This document shows, piece after piece, positions 8,483 to 18,825 of a stretch of DNA of 64,000 bases. Source of the DNA: Candidatus Beckwithbacteria bacterium (GTDB lineage: Bacteria > Patescibacteriota > Microgenomatia > UBA1400 > CG1-02-47-37); assembly GCA_043803225.1 (NCBI GenBank), contig JAZDKF010000012.1:54143-118142 (forward strand). Direction: 5' to 3'. Position 1 is the first letter of the stretch, and the number at the start of each line of letters is the position of its first letter. Position numbers and translations under genes: made by a program. The notes under the pieces are model-generated. The model was not told the origin of the DNA. It worked only from the letters and a program-made list of their open reading frames with translations, and made no database searches.

Positions 8483-11400
8483 ATGCCCATCAAAGTTAAA
8501 TCAAAATCTAAAGTTAAAACCCATTCTCAGATTTCCCGCCAGCTGCCCTCGGCCTTGGTCGCCGGAGCCGCCGGTTTTATTGGCTCCCATCTTTGTGAGA
8601 CCCTTCTCTCTCAAAACTGCCAAGTCTATGCTATTGATAACTGGACCACGGCTAAGAAAAAAAACCTTGAGGCATTAATGGATAACGATCACTTTATTTT
8701 TATCGAACACAACCTGGAAAAATCCTTTGATGCCCCTGTTCCTAAAGTTGACTATATTTTTCACCTAGCCGGAGTCGAAGCTTATGTTAATGGTTTAGAT
8801 GTTAGTCTGGAAACCCTTTTAGTCAACTCACTTGGTACCAAAGAACTGTTGGAAATTGCTAAAGATCAGGGGGCAAAATTTCTGCTGGCCTCAACTGCTG
8901 ATATTTATTCCGGCCATCTCGCTTCAATCCAAAAAGACGAAACCTACTCGCATTATGAAGCCAAACGTTTTTCTGAAGCCATCACTTTTGAATATCTGGA
9001 TCGCTATCACCTTAATTCTCGGGTTGTCAGGCTCGGACTGGTTTACGGCCCGAGAATGGACTTGAGTTCAGGCAACGACATGGCTCAGTTGTTGCAGGCC
9101 GCCGCCAACAATCAACCATTAAAAATTTACGGCCAAGGCTTAACCACTCTTTACCCCACCCATATTAATGATGTTGTCTATGGCTTAACCAAAGCCATGT
9201 TTTCTCAAAGTTCCTCCGGTCACATTTATACCCTTATCGATCCGGAAAAAATTACCCTTTTAAACCTGGCTTATAAATTAAAGCAGCTTTTACCGGAAAA
9301 AAACTTAAAAGTCGAATTCGTCCCCGACTCTGATTCTGAAACCAATCTGGCTCTTGAATCAACCGCTTTAAGCTCTCAAACTGAACTGGGTTGGTCGCCA
9401 AAAGTTACCTTAGACCAAGGAATTTTATCCACCCTTAATTGGTTGAAAAACGGCAAAGTGCCAACCAAAACTAAACCAGAACCAGAAGCAACTGTTCCCG
9501 AACCAATTTATACTCCGGAAGAATTGGGGATTCAGCCTGCCAAAGCTCCGGAAATCTCGCTTCCGGTTGCTTCCCAACCCAAACTCAAACTTCTCAAATT
9601 TAAACTTAATCTGCCTAAATTTCCTAAATTCTCTTTGCCCAAGCCCAAGCTTTCTTTAAGACCAAGAAAACCCCAGCTGACCAAAAAAACAAAATTAATC
9701 CTTTTGAGCGCGGGCTTGTTATTTTTATATCTGCTTGCTCCTATAGTTTTACTCGTTTTTTCTTCTCTTGCCGGTGTTAAGCAGTTAAAAAGCCTTAGTC
9801 GTCAAATTGACTTTTCTCAAGTTGACCAACTCACTAAAACCACTGCCAAGGCTCAAAAAAACTTTACCTTAAGCCGTGAGTTACTGCGCCGCTCCCAATT
9901 TATATTATCTGTCTTTGGTTTAAAATCATTTAGTCAAAACCTTGACCAGTTATTATTTATTGCCAACAAGCTCAGCCAGGGCGCCGGTTATTTATTTTCC
10001 GCCGGCCAGTCGGGAACTGTCCTATCGCAAATTGTCTTTCACAATCAAGAGGGGAATCTGTCGCAGGCCTTAAAAGAAACTCGCCTTAGTCTGGACCAAG
10101 CCTACACCAACTTGTCTTTTGTTGATTCTGAGCTTCAGTCCGGCCGCGAACGCCAGTTGGACTTAACCGTCTCTCTGACCAAACAGCTGCAAAACTTAAC
10201 TGACAATCTCCCCCAAATCAGGCACAAAATTAATCAGGCGCGGACTCTTTTGCCCCTGATTCCCGGGTTTATTGCCCAGGATACTAAAAAAACCTATCTG
10301 GTTTTATTTCAAAATTCCGCCGAACTGCGCCCCACCGGCGGATTTATTGGCTCTTACGGCCTGCTGACCTTTGAAAAAGGCAAGCTTCTGGACTTTAACG
10401 TTCAGGATATCTATGAAGCCGACGGTCAGCTTAAAGGCTTTGTTGAACCCCCAAAGCCGATCACCCAGTTTTTTGGGAAAAACACCTGGTACTTTCGCGA
10501 TTCCAACTGGGATCCTGACTTTACTATCTCTGCCGCCCGCGCCGAATGGTTTTTGGGTAAAACCACCAATCGCAATGTTGATGGCGTTATTGCCATTAAT
10601 CTTCCGGCGGTTAAAGAATTATTGGCCGCCACCGGTCCGATTACTTTATCTGACTACAATGAAGAGGTGAGTAGTGACAATATTTTTGAACGCGCCGAGT
10701 ATCACTCAGAAATCGATTTTTTTCCCGGTTCTACCCAGAAAAAAGACTTTCTCGGCGCTCTGGCCAGGGAAATGTTTGACCGGCTGCAAAAATCATCAGC
10801 CTCAGATCTATTGAAACTGGCTCAAGCCCTGGAAACCTCGCTCAGCCAAAAACAAATTCTTCTTTACCTTCATGACACCGACAGTCAAAGACTGCTTTTA
10901 GAACAAAACTGGGCCGGCGCTCTTTACGCTCCACGCTTAGCCGCTGCCGACAACCGGCCGGTCACCAGCGACTATTCTTATCTGGTTGAAGCCAATTTAG
11001 GAATTAATAAAGCCAACTACTTTTTAAAACGGGAAATAGAACAGCAGTTAACTCTGCTTAAAAATCGGGAAATTTTATCCGTTACCACTATAAACTATCA
11101 GAACCAGAGCCCGGCCGACGCTTGGCCGGGTGGGGTTTACCGCTCCTATCTTCGCCACTATATCCCTTCAAACTCCATCCCTATCTCAGTCAAAGTTGGC
11201 GACACCAAGCTTGACCTTAAATCAGTTGACCAGACCATTATTAACGACAAGCTAATCTTGGGTTTTCCCATAACTGTTCCGGTCAAAAACTCGCTTTCAG
11301 TGGAAATTACTTACCGATTAAACCAGGCATTAAGCCTCACCGACCGTCAGGGCCGTTTAGCCGTGGTTATTCCCAAACAGCCTGGAACCATTGCCGATCT

Positions 11401-11542
11401 TTTAAAAGTAATTGTTAACTACCCCAGTTACTTATCAGTTGTCGCCGTATCTTCTCAGGGAATTGTTTCCCCTCAAGTCGTTACCCTTCAAACCGACTTA
11501 AGCCAGGACCGTCTTTTTACCATTGATTTTGTTGAACGCTGA
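8483..11542 (+). CDS. Fusion: extended-SDR (NAD-dependent epimerase/UDP-GlcA decarboxylase-like) domain + Pro/Lys linker + TM + DUF4012-like extracellular domain
   Basis: AGAAGFIGSHL, IFHLA, VYGPRM; TM; YLVLFQNSAELRPTGGFIGSY, RDSNWDPDF. Start moved to ATG 8483, which follows TTGCCG-N17-TAACAT-N7. Confidence 0.8.
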   Translation: MPIKVKSKSKVKTHSQISRQLPSALVAGAAGFIGSHLCETLLSQNCQVYAIDNWTTAKKKNLEALMDNDHFIFIEHNLEKSFDAPVPKVDYIFHLAGVEAYVNGLDVSLETLLVNSLGTKELLEIAKDQGAKFLLASTADIYSGHLASIQKDETYSHYEAKRFSEAITFEYLDRYHLNSRVVRLGLVYGPRMDLSSGNDMAQLLQAAANNQPLKIYGQGLTTLYPTHINDVVYGLTKAMFSQSSSGHIYTLIDPEKITLLNLAYKLKQLLPEKNLKVEFVPDSDSETNLALESTALSSQTELGWSPKVTLDQGILSTLNWLKNGKVPTKTKPEPEATVPEPIYTPEELGIQPAKAPEISLPVASQPKLKLLKFKLNLPKFPKFSLPKPKLSLRPRKPQLTKKTKLILLSAGLLFLYLLAPIVLLVFSSLAGVKQLKSLSRQIDFSQVDQLTKTTAKAQKNFTLSRELLRRSQFILSVFGLKSFSQNLDQLLFIANKLSQGAGYLFSAGQSGTVLSQIVFHNQEGNLSQALKETRLSLDQAYTNLSFVDSELQSGRERQLDLTVSLTKQLQNLTDNLPQIRHKINQARTLLPLIPGFIAQDTKKTYLVLFQNSAELRPTGGFIGSYGLLTFEKGKLLDFNVQDIYEADGQLKGFVEPPKPITQFFGKNTWYFRDSNWDPDFTISAARAEWFLGKTTNRNVDGVIAINLPAVKELLAATGPITLSDYNEEVSSDNIFERAEYHSEIDFFPGSTQKKDFLGALAREMFDRLQKSSASDLLKLAQALETSLSQKQILLYLHDTDSQRLLLEQNWAGALYAPRLAAADNRPVTSDYSYLVEANLGINKANYFLKREIEQQLTLLKNREILSVTTINYQNQSPADAWPGGVYRSYLRHYIPSNSIPISVKVGDTKLDLKSVDQTIINDKLILGFPITVPVKNSLSVEITYRLNQALSLTDRQGRLAVVIPKQPGTIADLLKVIVNYPSYLSVVAVSSQGIVSPQVVTLQTDLSQDRLFTIDFVER

Positions 11543-11558
11543 TGCTACCATTCTCGTT

Positions 11559-12248
11559 ATGCCTGACAATCCAAAATTAAAAGTTGCCGCCAGAAACCTC
11601 ACCGGCCGAAAAGTTAAACAGCTTCGCCGCCAGGGGACTTTGCCGGCCAATCTTTATGGCAAGGGGATTAAGTCTGTTTCTATCCAACTCCCAATTAAAG
11701 ATTTTAACGCTGTTTTTGCCGTTGCCGGAGAAACCGGCATTATTGACCTTGCGGTTGCTAAAGAAACTAAAGTCAGACCGGTCTTAATTACCAATGTTCA
11801 TACTCATCCGGTGACTGATGAAATCATTCATGTTGATTTCCGCCAAGTTGATCTGACTAAGGCGATTATGGTTCACATTCCGGTTGAAATCATTGGTGAA
11901 TCTCCGGCCATCAGCAAAGGCGGAGTCTTAATTCAACTTATTAACGAAGTTGAAGTCGAAGCTCTGCCGGCCGATTTGCCGGAAAAATTTATTTTAGACG
12001 TTTCTCACTTAGAAGAAATTGGCCAGGGTTTAACTCTAAAAGACATCAAAGTTGATGCCAAAGTTAAACTCTTAGCCGAGAATCTGGAAGAGTTGGTAGT
12101 CAAGATTGAAAGCCCGACCAAAGAAGAGGAAGTCAAACCGGTTGAAGAAGTTCCCGTCGAAGGCGAAGCCATCCCTCCCGCTGAAGGCGAAAAACCAGCC
12201 GAAAAGAAAGAAGAACCAGCTAAACCCGTTAAAGAAGAGAAGAAATAA
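11559..12248 (+). CDS. rplY: 50S ribosomal protein L25/CTC
   Basis: LRRQGTLPANLYG, HPVT..IIHVDF, ALPADLPE, charged tail; ATG 11559. Confidence 0.95.
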   Translation: MPDNPKLKVAARNLTGRKVKQLRRQGTLPANLYGKGIKSVSIQLPIKDFNAVFAVAGETGIIDLAVAKETKVRPVLITNVHTHPVTDEIIHVDFRQVDLTKAIMVHIPVEIIGESPAISKGGVLIQLINEVEVEALPADLPEKFILDVSHLEEIGQGLTLKDIKVDAKVKLLAENLEELVVKIESPTKEEEVKPVEEVPVEGEAIPPAEGEKPAEKKEEPAKPVKEEKK

Positions 12249-12792
12249 TCTCTCCGACTTTTTGCACTTCTTGGTTATTCGGATCTAGATAATTAGCCTT
12301 TTCCCAATATAACTTAGCCTTATCATCGTTATACAAACTATAGTTTAATAAAGCTAATCTTAAATAAACATCCCGATACTCCGGTTTTGTCTCTAGAACC
12401 TTTTCCCATGACTCAATTTCCTGGCGGGTTTTCTCAAGTGAATTAACCGCTTCTTCGGCTTTTATTAAACTTGTTTTTGCCCGGTTTGATTTAATTATTA
12501 ATAGTTTATTTGCCAGCCGCAGCTCTTCTAGGGCCTTTTCCTCCCCGCCGCTATTAAACCATGCCAAAGCCATTTGGCTGTGGCTGGTCGACGACCAGGG
12601 CCACCAAGCCGCTCGTTCTTGAGCCTTATAGTTTTGATTCACCGGCCAAAAACAGCCGATTAGCAACAAGCCGATTAAACCGGTTAATACCTGCCAAAAC
12701 TTTATTTTTTTCACTAGGGGATTTACCAGCGGTTTTACCGGCCGATAAACCCTCTTTGACAGGAGTTTAATATATCGAATTAACTTGGCCAT
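12229..12792 (-). CDS. Membrane-anchored TPR-like protein
   Basis: One TM; PEYRDVYLRLA...AKLYWEKANYLDPNN. Confidence 0.7.
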   Translation of the reverse strand: MAKLIRYIKLLSKRVYRPVKPLVNPLVKKIKFWQVLTGLIGLLLIGCFWPVNQNYKAQERAAWWPWSSTSHSQMALAWFNSGGEEKALEELRLANKLLIIKSNRAKTSLIKAEEAVNSLEKTRQEIESWEKVLETKPEYRDVYLRLALLNYSLYNDDKAKLYWEKANYLDPNNQEVQKVGEIISSLL

Positions 12793-14909
12793 TTGGCTGT
12801 AATCAATAACTTTTCTTTATTTTCCGCTAGCTGCTGCCAAACCGCTTCAGTCACAAACGGCACAAACGGATGTAGGAGTTTTAAAAATATTCTCAAGCCT
12901 TCAAGCATGGTTGCCCGGGAAATCTTTCCCTCTTTTGCCTCTTCAATTTTCTGATCGCAAAACCAATGCCAAAATTCGTTATAAACTGTTTCTGCCGCCA
13001 ACCCTAATTGATAATTTTCTAAATACTTCGTAACTTTATTAACGATTTCTTGGAGCTCTTTTCCCAGCGTCTGCTTACCCTGATTATCCGTCATATTAAT
13101 TACAAACCTTGCCGCATTCCAGATTTTATTAGTGAAATTCCTCATCCCTCTAACCTTGTCTTCTGACAAAATTACTTTTGAACTAGCACTTGTTCCAAAC
13201 AACAAGCTAATTCTAAACGCATCCACTCCGTATTTATCTGCTAGCTCAATTGGATTAATTACATTCCCTTTGCTCTTGCTCATTTTTTGCCCCTTAGCGT
13301 CTGCCACCATTGACCACAAATATACGTCTGTAAAAGGCACTTCCTTTTTCAAATACAGCGAAAACATCATCATTCTCGACACCCAAAATTTTAAAATGTC
13401 TGACAAGGTTCCCATTACGTCTGTTGGCAAAGTAGAGGCCGTTACCAATGGCCATTGGCCTGAAGAAAACCAGGTATCGAAAGTATCGGTTTCCTGTAAA
13501 TATTCTTTCCCGGGCTTTCCTTGGCTGATTAAATACTTTGCTTTGTTCATCGCTGTTAATGTTTGCAGGCCAGACTCAATTTCTGTCAAGGAAAATTGTT
13601 TTAATAAATCGCTGACTTTGCCGCTAGTTGACTTCTTATCTTTAGTTAAAAAAACCACATTTAAATCAGGGTTGTCTTTAACCGAATACCACACCGGAAT
13701 TCTGATGCCCCAGCAAATCTGCCGGCTGATCGGCCAGTCATGCATCATTTCCATCCAAGTCAAAATCTGTTTTTTAAATCTTGAGGGATAAAACTTGGTC
13801 TTATTGGCGTTTATTGCTTTTATTACCGCTGGCTTTAACGGCCCGACTTTTATAAACCAGTTGGGGATTATGGTTGGTTCTAAATCTCGCCCGCATTTAT
13901 AACAAACCGTTACTGTGTGCAAATAGTTATCATCAACCTTAACTAATAGCCCGGCTTTTTTTAAATCCTCAACCACGATTTCTCTGGCTTTATTTACTTT
14001 TAAACCCGTATACTTGCCTGCCAATTCAGTCAGTCGGCCGTTAATATCTATTGTTTTTTTTATTTCCAAATTATGTCTTTTACCAATTTCAAAATCATTC
14101 GGGTCATGAGCTGGCGTAATTTTGACTACGCCAGTACCAAACTCTCGATCAACATAATCATCAGCAATTACTTTTAACTTAAATTTTCCTAACAGTCCTT
14201 CCACCTCAATTTCTTTACCCACCCATTGACCGTACCGTTTGTCTTTAGGATGAACCGCTACGGCTGTATCTCCAAACTTAGTTTCCGGCCTGACCGTAGC
14301 TAAAACAAATGGTCCGTACTTGATGTAATACAACGGATCAATTCTTTCCAAGTGTTTTATTTCCAACTCAGCCAGAGAAGTACCGCAGTGGGTGCAGTAA
14401 TTCACCATATAATCGCCTCGGTAAACCAAATTTTCTTTCTCCATTTTCTTAAAGGTATTAAAAACTTGGATCACGACTTTTTTATCCAAAGAAAAAACAC
14501 TTTTCCCCCAATCTGCCGAAAATCCCAATCTTTTAAACTGTTCATAAATCAAACCCGAGTTTTTTTTAACAAACTTAAAAATGTTTTTATACAAAGTCTG
14601 TCGATCAAAATCCATCCTTGACTGACCTTGTTTAGCTAACTCTTTTTCATAAACAAATTGGGTTTCAAATCCGGCATGATCTGTTCCTGGCAGCCACTCA
14701 GCCGCAAACCCTTGCATTCTTTTCCAGCGGATTAACACATCATCGACCGTGTACATGCCGTGGCCGGCGTGCAGCGATGCATTCGCGTTTGGCGGCGGCA
14801 TGATAATTGTGTAGGGTTTTCCTTCTCCCGTCGGTTGAAACGCTCCCGATTTTTCCCACAGCTGATAAATCTTGTCTTCAAATTGGCCTGGCTGATACTG
14901 TTTATCCAT
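12780..14909 (-). CDS. valS: Valine--tRNA ligase (short form)
   Basis: PPPNANASLHAGH, GTDHAG, SRQICWG, KMSKS. Confidence 0.96.
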   Translation of the reverse strand: MDKQYQPGQFEDKIYQLWEKSGAFQPTGEGKPYTIIMPPPNANASLHAGHGMYTVDDVLIRWKRMQGFAAEWLPGTDHAGFETQFVYEKELAKQGQSRMDFDRQTLYKNIFKFVKKNSGLIYEQFKRLGFSADWGKSVFSLDKKVVIQVFNTFKKMEKENLVYRGDYMVNYCTHCGTSLAELEIKHLERIDPLYYIKYGPFVLATVRPETKFGDTAVAVHPKDKRYGQWVGKEIEVEGLLGKFKLKVIADDYVDREFGTGVVKITPAHDPNDFEIGKRHNLEIKKTIDINGRLTELAGKYTGLKVNKAREIVVEDLKKAGLLVKVDDNYLHTVTVCYKCGRDLEPTIIPNWFIKVGPLKPAVIKAINANKTKFYPSRFKKQILTWMEMMHDWPISRQICWGIRIPVWYSVKDNPDLNVVFLTKDKKSTSGKVSDLLKQFSLTEIESGLQTLTAMNKAKYLISQGKPGKEYLQETDTFDTWFSSGQWPLVTASTLPTDVMGTLSDILKFWVSRMMMFSLYLKKEVPFTDVYLWSMVADAKGQKMSKSKGNVINPIELADKYGVDAFRISLLFGTSASSKVILSEDKVRGMRNFTNKIWNAARFVINMTDNQGKQTLGKELQEIVNKVTKYLENYQLGLAAETVYNEFWHWFCDQKIEEAKEGKISRATMLEGLRIFLKLLHPFVPFVTEAVWQQLAENKEKLLITAKWPS

Positions 14910-14952
14910 GATCAGATTTTATCACAGCTCAACCTCGAACCCCCAACCTTAA

Positions 14953-15468
14953 TTAAATTTCCTTAAACATTTCCACTTGTTTAGTTGTATATCCACCCCT
15001 TTTATAAAACTCGATAGTTTTTGGATTACTAGCTGAAACCTCCACCATGAAATGTGTCACCCCCTGTTGTTTTAATTTTTCTTCTGCCTTTTTCATTAAT
15101 TGTTCACCAAAACCTTTTCCTCTTTCAACTTCAGTAATAAATAAATCAACCACTTCACCATAATCTTTAATAAGTGTCCCGGACCTAGCAATTCCTGGAC
15201 TCCTAGATACTTTTTCAAAAGTAATAAAGCCTACAGGTTTACTCTGATTTTCCGCAAGTAAAATTTGTAAACTCCCTTTCTCAATTGCCGCATCAAAATA
15301 TTTTTGGGCATTCATTAAAACCTCATCACTGGTTGGCTCATAATAGTCAGGATCAAGGTTTAAATGATAATTGTGTTGCTCTCTCCAAAGATTTACTAGA
15401 GTCTGGACATCTTTTCTTTCTGCCTCTCGGATTAAAATCTTACTTTTGGGCAATTCTTCTAAAGTCAT
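14953..15468 (-). CDS. GNAT acetyltransferase
   Basis: ERGKGFG, N..TIEFYKRGGY. Confidence 0.88.
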   Translation of the reverse strand: MTLEELPKSKILIREAERKDVQTLVNLWREQHNYHLNLDPDYYEPTSDEVLMNAQKYFDAAIEKGSLQILLAENQSKPVGFITFEKVSRSPGIARSGTLIKDYGEVVDLFITEVERGKGFGEQLMKKAEEKLKQQGVTHFMVEVSASNPKTIEFYKRGGYTTKQVEMFKEI

Positions 15469-16419
15469 CTATTTAACCTGATTAGTTACTTTACCCTTAA
15501 GAAAATTCTCCAAGTTTCCTACAAAAATTCCTTTTTTCAACGCTGTTGCCTCCTGAGTGGTATAGCCCAGCGGGGGATAAATCACGCAATTTTTATAGCC
15601 CTTAACTAAGCTTAATTGTTCTTTAGTCATTTCATCAGAATGATCCAGAATAAAATGTAAATCTTTATTTTTTAATCTTAACGTCAAGGCCTTTAAGTCA
15701 ATTAATTCCATCGGACTGGTATTGACCAATAACGTACCTTTTTTAATTAATTTAACCCGCTCTTTATTTAGGAAATTATTAGTTTGCGGATTAAGCGAAA
15801 GATTAAGAGTAATGATTTCCGATGATTTCAATAATTCATTAATAGTTTTATATTTAATCCCCATTTTTTCTAATCTCTTTTTTCTATTTCGCGACCAGTA
15901 TGAGACATTTGCTCCGAACGCTTTGGCAATTTCTGCCACCCGCGCGCCGATATTGCCCAATCCAATTACGCCAAAATTTTTACCCTTAATTTCTCTGCCG
16001 GTAAAAAAAGTTGCTTCCGAATAATCGGCTTTTTTAGCTTGTTGTTTTGCTCTCTCAAGTTCTCTTAAATAATCGATAATTGCACCAAAGGCGAACTCAG
16101 TCACGCCTTCAGTAGCATAATCTGTAATATTACAAATTGTAATCTTTTTCTTTTTAGCATAAGCCAAATCGATTCCGCCCACTCCAGTTCCTAACATGCC
16201 AATATATTTAAGTTGTGGCGCTTGATTTATTATTTCTTTACCAATTTTTGCTCCCAGCTTGACCAATAAACAATCTGTATCCCAAAGTTGTTTCTTCAGA
16301 TTTTTATCATCTGCAGCTAAAATAATTTTTTCTTCGCACAGCCTATCAATTCGATTCCAATATGATTTTTCCAGCTCTTTACCGGTGTAGTTTAAAAGTA
16401 AAATTTTTTTAAACTTCAT
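15469..16419 (-). CDS. D-isomer-specific 2-hydroxyacid dehydrogenase family
   Basis: GVIGLGNIG; ATG 16419 (MKFKK). Catalytic residues look atypical (see findings). Confidence 0.82.
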   Translation of the reverse strand: MKFKKILLLNYTGKELEKSYWNRIDRLCEEKIILAADDKNLKKQLWDTDCLLVKLGAKIGKEIINQAPQLKYIGMLGTGVGGIDLAYAKKKKITICNITDYATEGVTEFAFGAIIDYLRELERAKQQAKKADYSEATFFTGREIKGKNFGVIGLGNIGARVAEIAKAFGANVSYWSRNRKKRLEKMGIKYKTINELLKSSEIITLNLSLNPQTNNFLNKERVKLIKKGTLLVNTSPMELIDLKALTLRLKNKDLHFILDHSDEMTKEQLSLVKGYKNCVIYPPLGYTTQEATALKKGIFVGNLENFLKGKVTNQVK

Positions 16420-16449
16420 TGTTTGTATTTTACCACTTATAATTACCTT

Positions 16450-16938
16450 ATGCTTATTCTTGGTGTTGATCCTGGTACTGCCCGTTTGGGTTGGGGAATA
16501 GTAGTTGATAAAAACCACCAGCAGAAGGCTGGGGACTATGGCTGTCTGGAAACTAAAAAAACCCTGCCCGAATCCAAACGCCTACTGACTTTGTTTACCG
16601 GCCTTACCCAGCTTTGCCGTCGCCTCCGGCCAGACGCCGTCGCCGTTGAAGATTTATTTTTCTTTAAAAACCATAAAACTGTAATTAAAGTTAGCCAGGC
16701 TAGGGGAGTTGTCTTAGTCGTTGCTGAGCTATTAAATTTGCCGGTTTTTTCCTACACCCCGCTTCAGATCAAACAAGCCGTTACCGGTTACGGCCGGGCA
16801 GAAAAAATCCAGGTTCAGCAAATGGTTAAAAGTATTTTAAATCTAACTGCCATTCCCCGGCCTGATGATGCCGCCGATGCTTTAGCTGTCGCCTTGACCC
16901 ATGCTTTTTCCAGCCGAATGAAATCCAAACTTGGATAA
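16450..16938 (+). CDS. ruvC: Holliday junction resolvase
   Basis: ILGVDPG, VAVE, QARGV, DDAADALA. Confidence 0.97.
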   Translation: MLILGVDPGTARLGWGIVVDKNHQQKAGDYGCLETKKTLPESKRLLTLFTGLTQLCRRLRPDAVAVEDLFFFKNHKTVIKVSQARGVVLVVAELLNLPVFSYTPLQIKQAVTGYGRAEKIQVQQMVKSILNLTAIPRPDDAADALAVALTHAFSSRMKSKLG

Positions 16939-16952
16939 GCTATACTAGATTT

Positions 16953-17516
16953 ATGATTGCCAAGCTGACTGGTAAGCCGGAAATTTTAACCAAGGATTCC
17001 CTTATTCTCGATGTTAACAATGTTGGTTATAAAGTCTTTTTTAACCATAAGCCCGGCCAGCCCTTACCCACAGTTTTATACATTCACACTCACGTTAAAG
17101 ACGACGCTTTCGACCTTTACGGTTTTGTCTCCAAAGACGAACTTCAACTATTTAAACTCATGATTAGCATTTCCGGCATTGGTCCGAAAACTGCTATTAA
17201 TATTATGGATAAAGGCGTTTCGGCCATTACCCAAGCTGTTTCCAAAGGCGATGTGGACTTTTTTACTACCGTGCCCCGTCTGGGTCGGAAAAACGCTCAA
17301 AAACTCATCATCGAGCTTAAACCTAAACTGGGCAGTCTTACTGAACTGGATTTATCCTCAGACTCGTCTGACACCCAAGAAGTCTTAACCGCCTTAACCG
17401 GACTGGGTTTTTCCCGCGCTGAAGCCCGCCGGGCTTTAAATCAGATTACCGAGCCCAACCAAACCATTGATGTAAAGATTTCCTTGGCACTTAAATATTT
17501 GGGACAAAAAGCATGA
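16953..17516 (+). CDS. ruvA: Holliday junction branch migration protein
   Basis: LYGF, ISGIGPK, VPRLGRK. Confidence 0.96.
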   Translation: MIAKLTGKPEILTKDSLILDVNNVGYKVFFNHKPGQPLPTVLYIHTHVKDDAFDLYGFVSKDELQLFKLMISISGIGPKTAINIMDKGVSAITQAVSKGDVDFFTTVPRLGRKNAQKLIIELKPKLGSLTELDLSSDSSDTQEVLTALTGLGFSRAEARRALNQITEPNQTIDVKISLALKYLGQKA

Positions 17517-18499
17517 AACCAATTTTAATACCTAATTTAAGAGTTGATGCCTGGGATGATTTTATCGGCCAGCCCAAAATAAAAAAAGCTTTAAAAGTCA
17601 CTTTAGCTGCTGCTAAAAAAAGAAAAGAAGCCGTGGAACATATCCTGCTTTACGGCCCTCCGGGACTGGGCAAAACCACCCTGGCTCATCTGATTGCCAA
17701 GGAATTAAAAGTCAACCTGCGCGCTTCATCCGGCCCGGCCATGGAACGAGCCGGCGACCTGGCTTCGATTTTAACTAACCTTAATTCCGGCGACATTTTT
17801 TTTATTGACGAAATCCACCGCTTGCCTAAAATCGTTGAAGAAACTCTTTATCCGGCCATGGAGGATTATCACTTGGATATTATCGTCGGCCAGGGCCCTT
17901 CCGCCCGGACTTTAAAACTCGATCTGCCCAAATTTACTCTTATCGGCGCCACCACTAAAATCGGGTCGATTGCCGCGCCTTTGCGCGATCGCTTTGGCAT
18001 TGTCCACCGCTTGACTTTTTATACACCCGAAGACTTAATGCAGGTTTTAACCACCGCCAGCCAGAAGTTAAAGATTAACCTGGAATCGGCCGTCGCCAAC
18101 CAGCTGGCCCGCCGCTCCCGCGGCACTCCCCGGATTGCCTTAAAGCTCTTAAAGCGCTGCCGCGACCTGGCCCAAATTCGCGGCCAAGCGGGGATTAGTC
18201 AGGCTGTTTTGACAGAATCCCTGGATTTATTAGAAGTTGACGATATGGGTCTGGATGCCAACGATCGCCGTTTGTTAAAGGCCTTAATTGACAAACACCA
18301 AGGTGGCCCCATCGGTCTGGATACTTTGGCTGCCACTATTGCCGAAGACAAAGACACCATTGAAGAGGTGATTGAGCCGTATTTATTGCAGCTGGGATTT
18401 TTAAAGCGCACTTCCCGCGGCCGTTATGCTACTCCCAAGGCCTACGCCCACTTTAATAAAAAGCCGCCCCTTTCCCTTTCCCAGCAAAAACTTATTTAA
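17513..18499 (+). CDS. ruvB: Holliday junction helicase
   Basis: GPPGLGKTT, FIDEIHR, LRDRFG, RGTPR. Confidence 0.98.
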   Translation: MKPILIPNLRVDAWDDFIGQPKIKKALKVTLAAAKKRKEAVEHILLYGPPGLGKTTLAHLIAKELKVNLRASSGPAMERAGDLASILTNLNSGDIFFIDEIHRLPKIVEETLYPAMEDYHLDIIVGQGPSARTLKLDLPKFTLIGATTKIGSIAAPLRDRFGIVHRLTFYTPEDLMQVLTTASQKLKINLESAVANQLARRSRGTPRIALKLLKRCRDLAQIRGQAGISQAVLTESLDLLEVDDMGLDANDRRLLKALIDKHQGGPIGLDTLAATIAEDKDTIEEVIEPYLLQLGFLKRTSRGRYATPKAYAHFNKKPPLSLSQQKLI

Positions 18500-18818
18500 T
18501 TTCTCCCTTTAGCCAATTAAAGTATTTTTTCCCTACGTATTTGACTAGCAGGGCAATAATGCACGGCACGTCATAAGTGTGGATTTTTATTATTTCTTTT
18601 TCTATTTGTTTATATTTTGTTTCTAAAGATTTAATTATCATTACCACCTCTTTTGACTCATCAATTTTCCCTGATTTTGGGGGCCAGAAAAACATCGGTA
18701 TCATCTCCGGATAAATATTAACGCAACCGCAAAGCCTTTTATCTAGCAAATGTTTAGCTGCTTTTTTTGCCTGCTCAACGCTTTCCCAGGTTGTATAAAT
18801 CATCAACATTTTTGTCAT
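18492..18818 (-). CDS. cutA: CutA family protein
   Basis: LCGCVNI, HTYDVPCII. Confidence 0.9.
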   Translation of the reverse strand: MTKMLMIYTTWESVEQAKKAAKHLLDKRLCGCVNIYPEMIPMFFWPPKSGKIDESKEVVMIIKSLETKYKQIEKEIIKIHTYDVPCIIALLVKYVGKKYFNWLKGEIK

Positions 18819-18825
18819 AATGGAA

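Noticed and set aside
13132-13791. 219-aa antisense ORF within valS
   Set aside because: Shadow ORF of a conserved gene.
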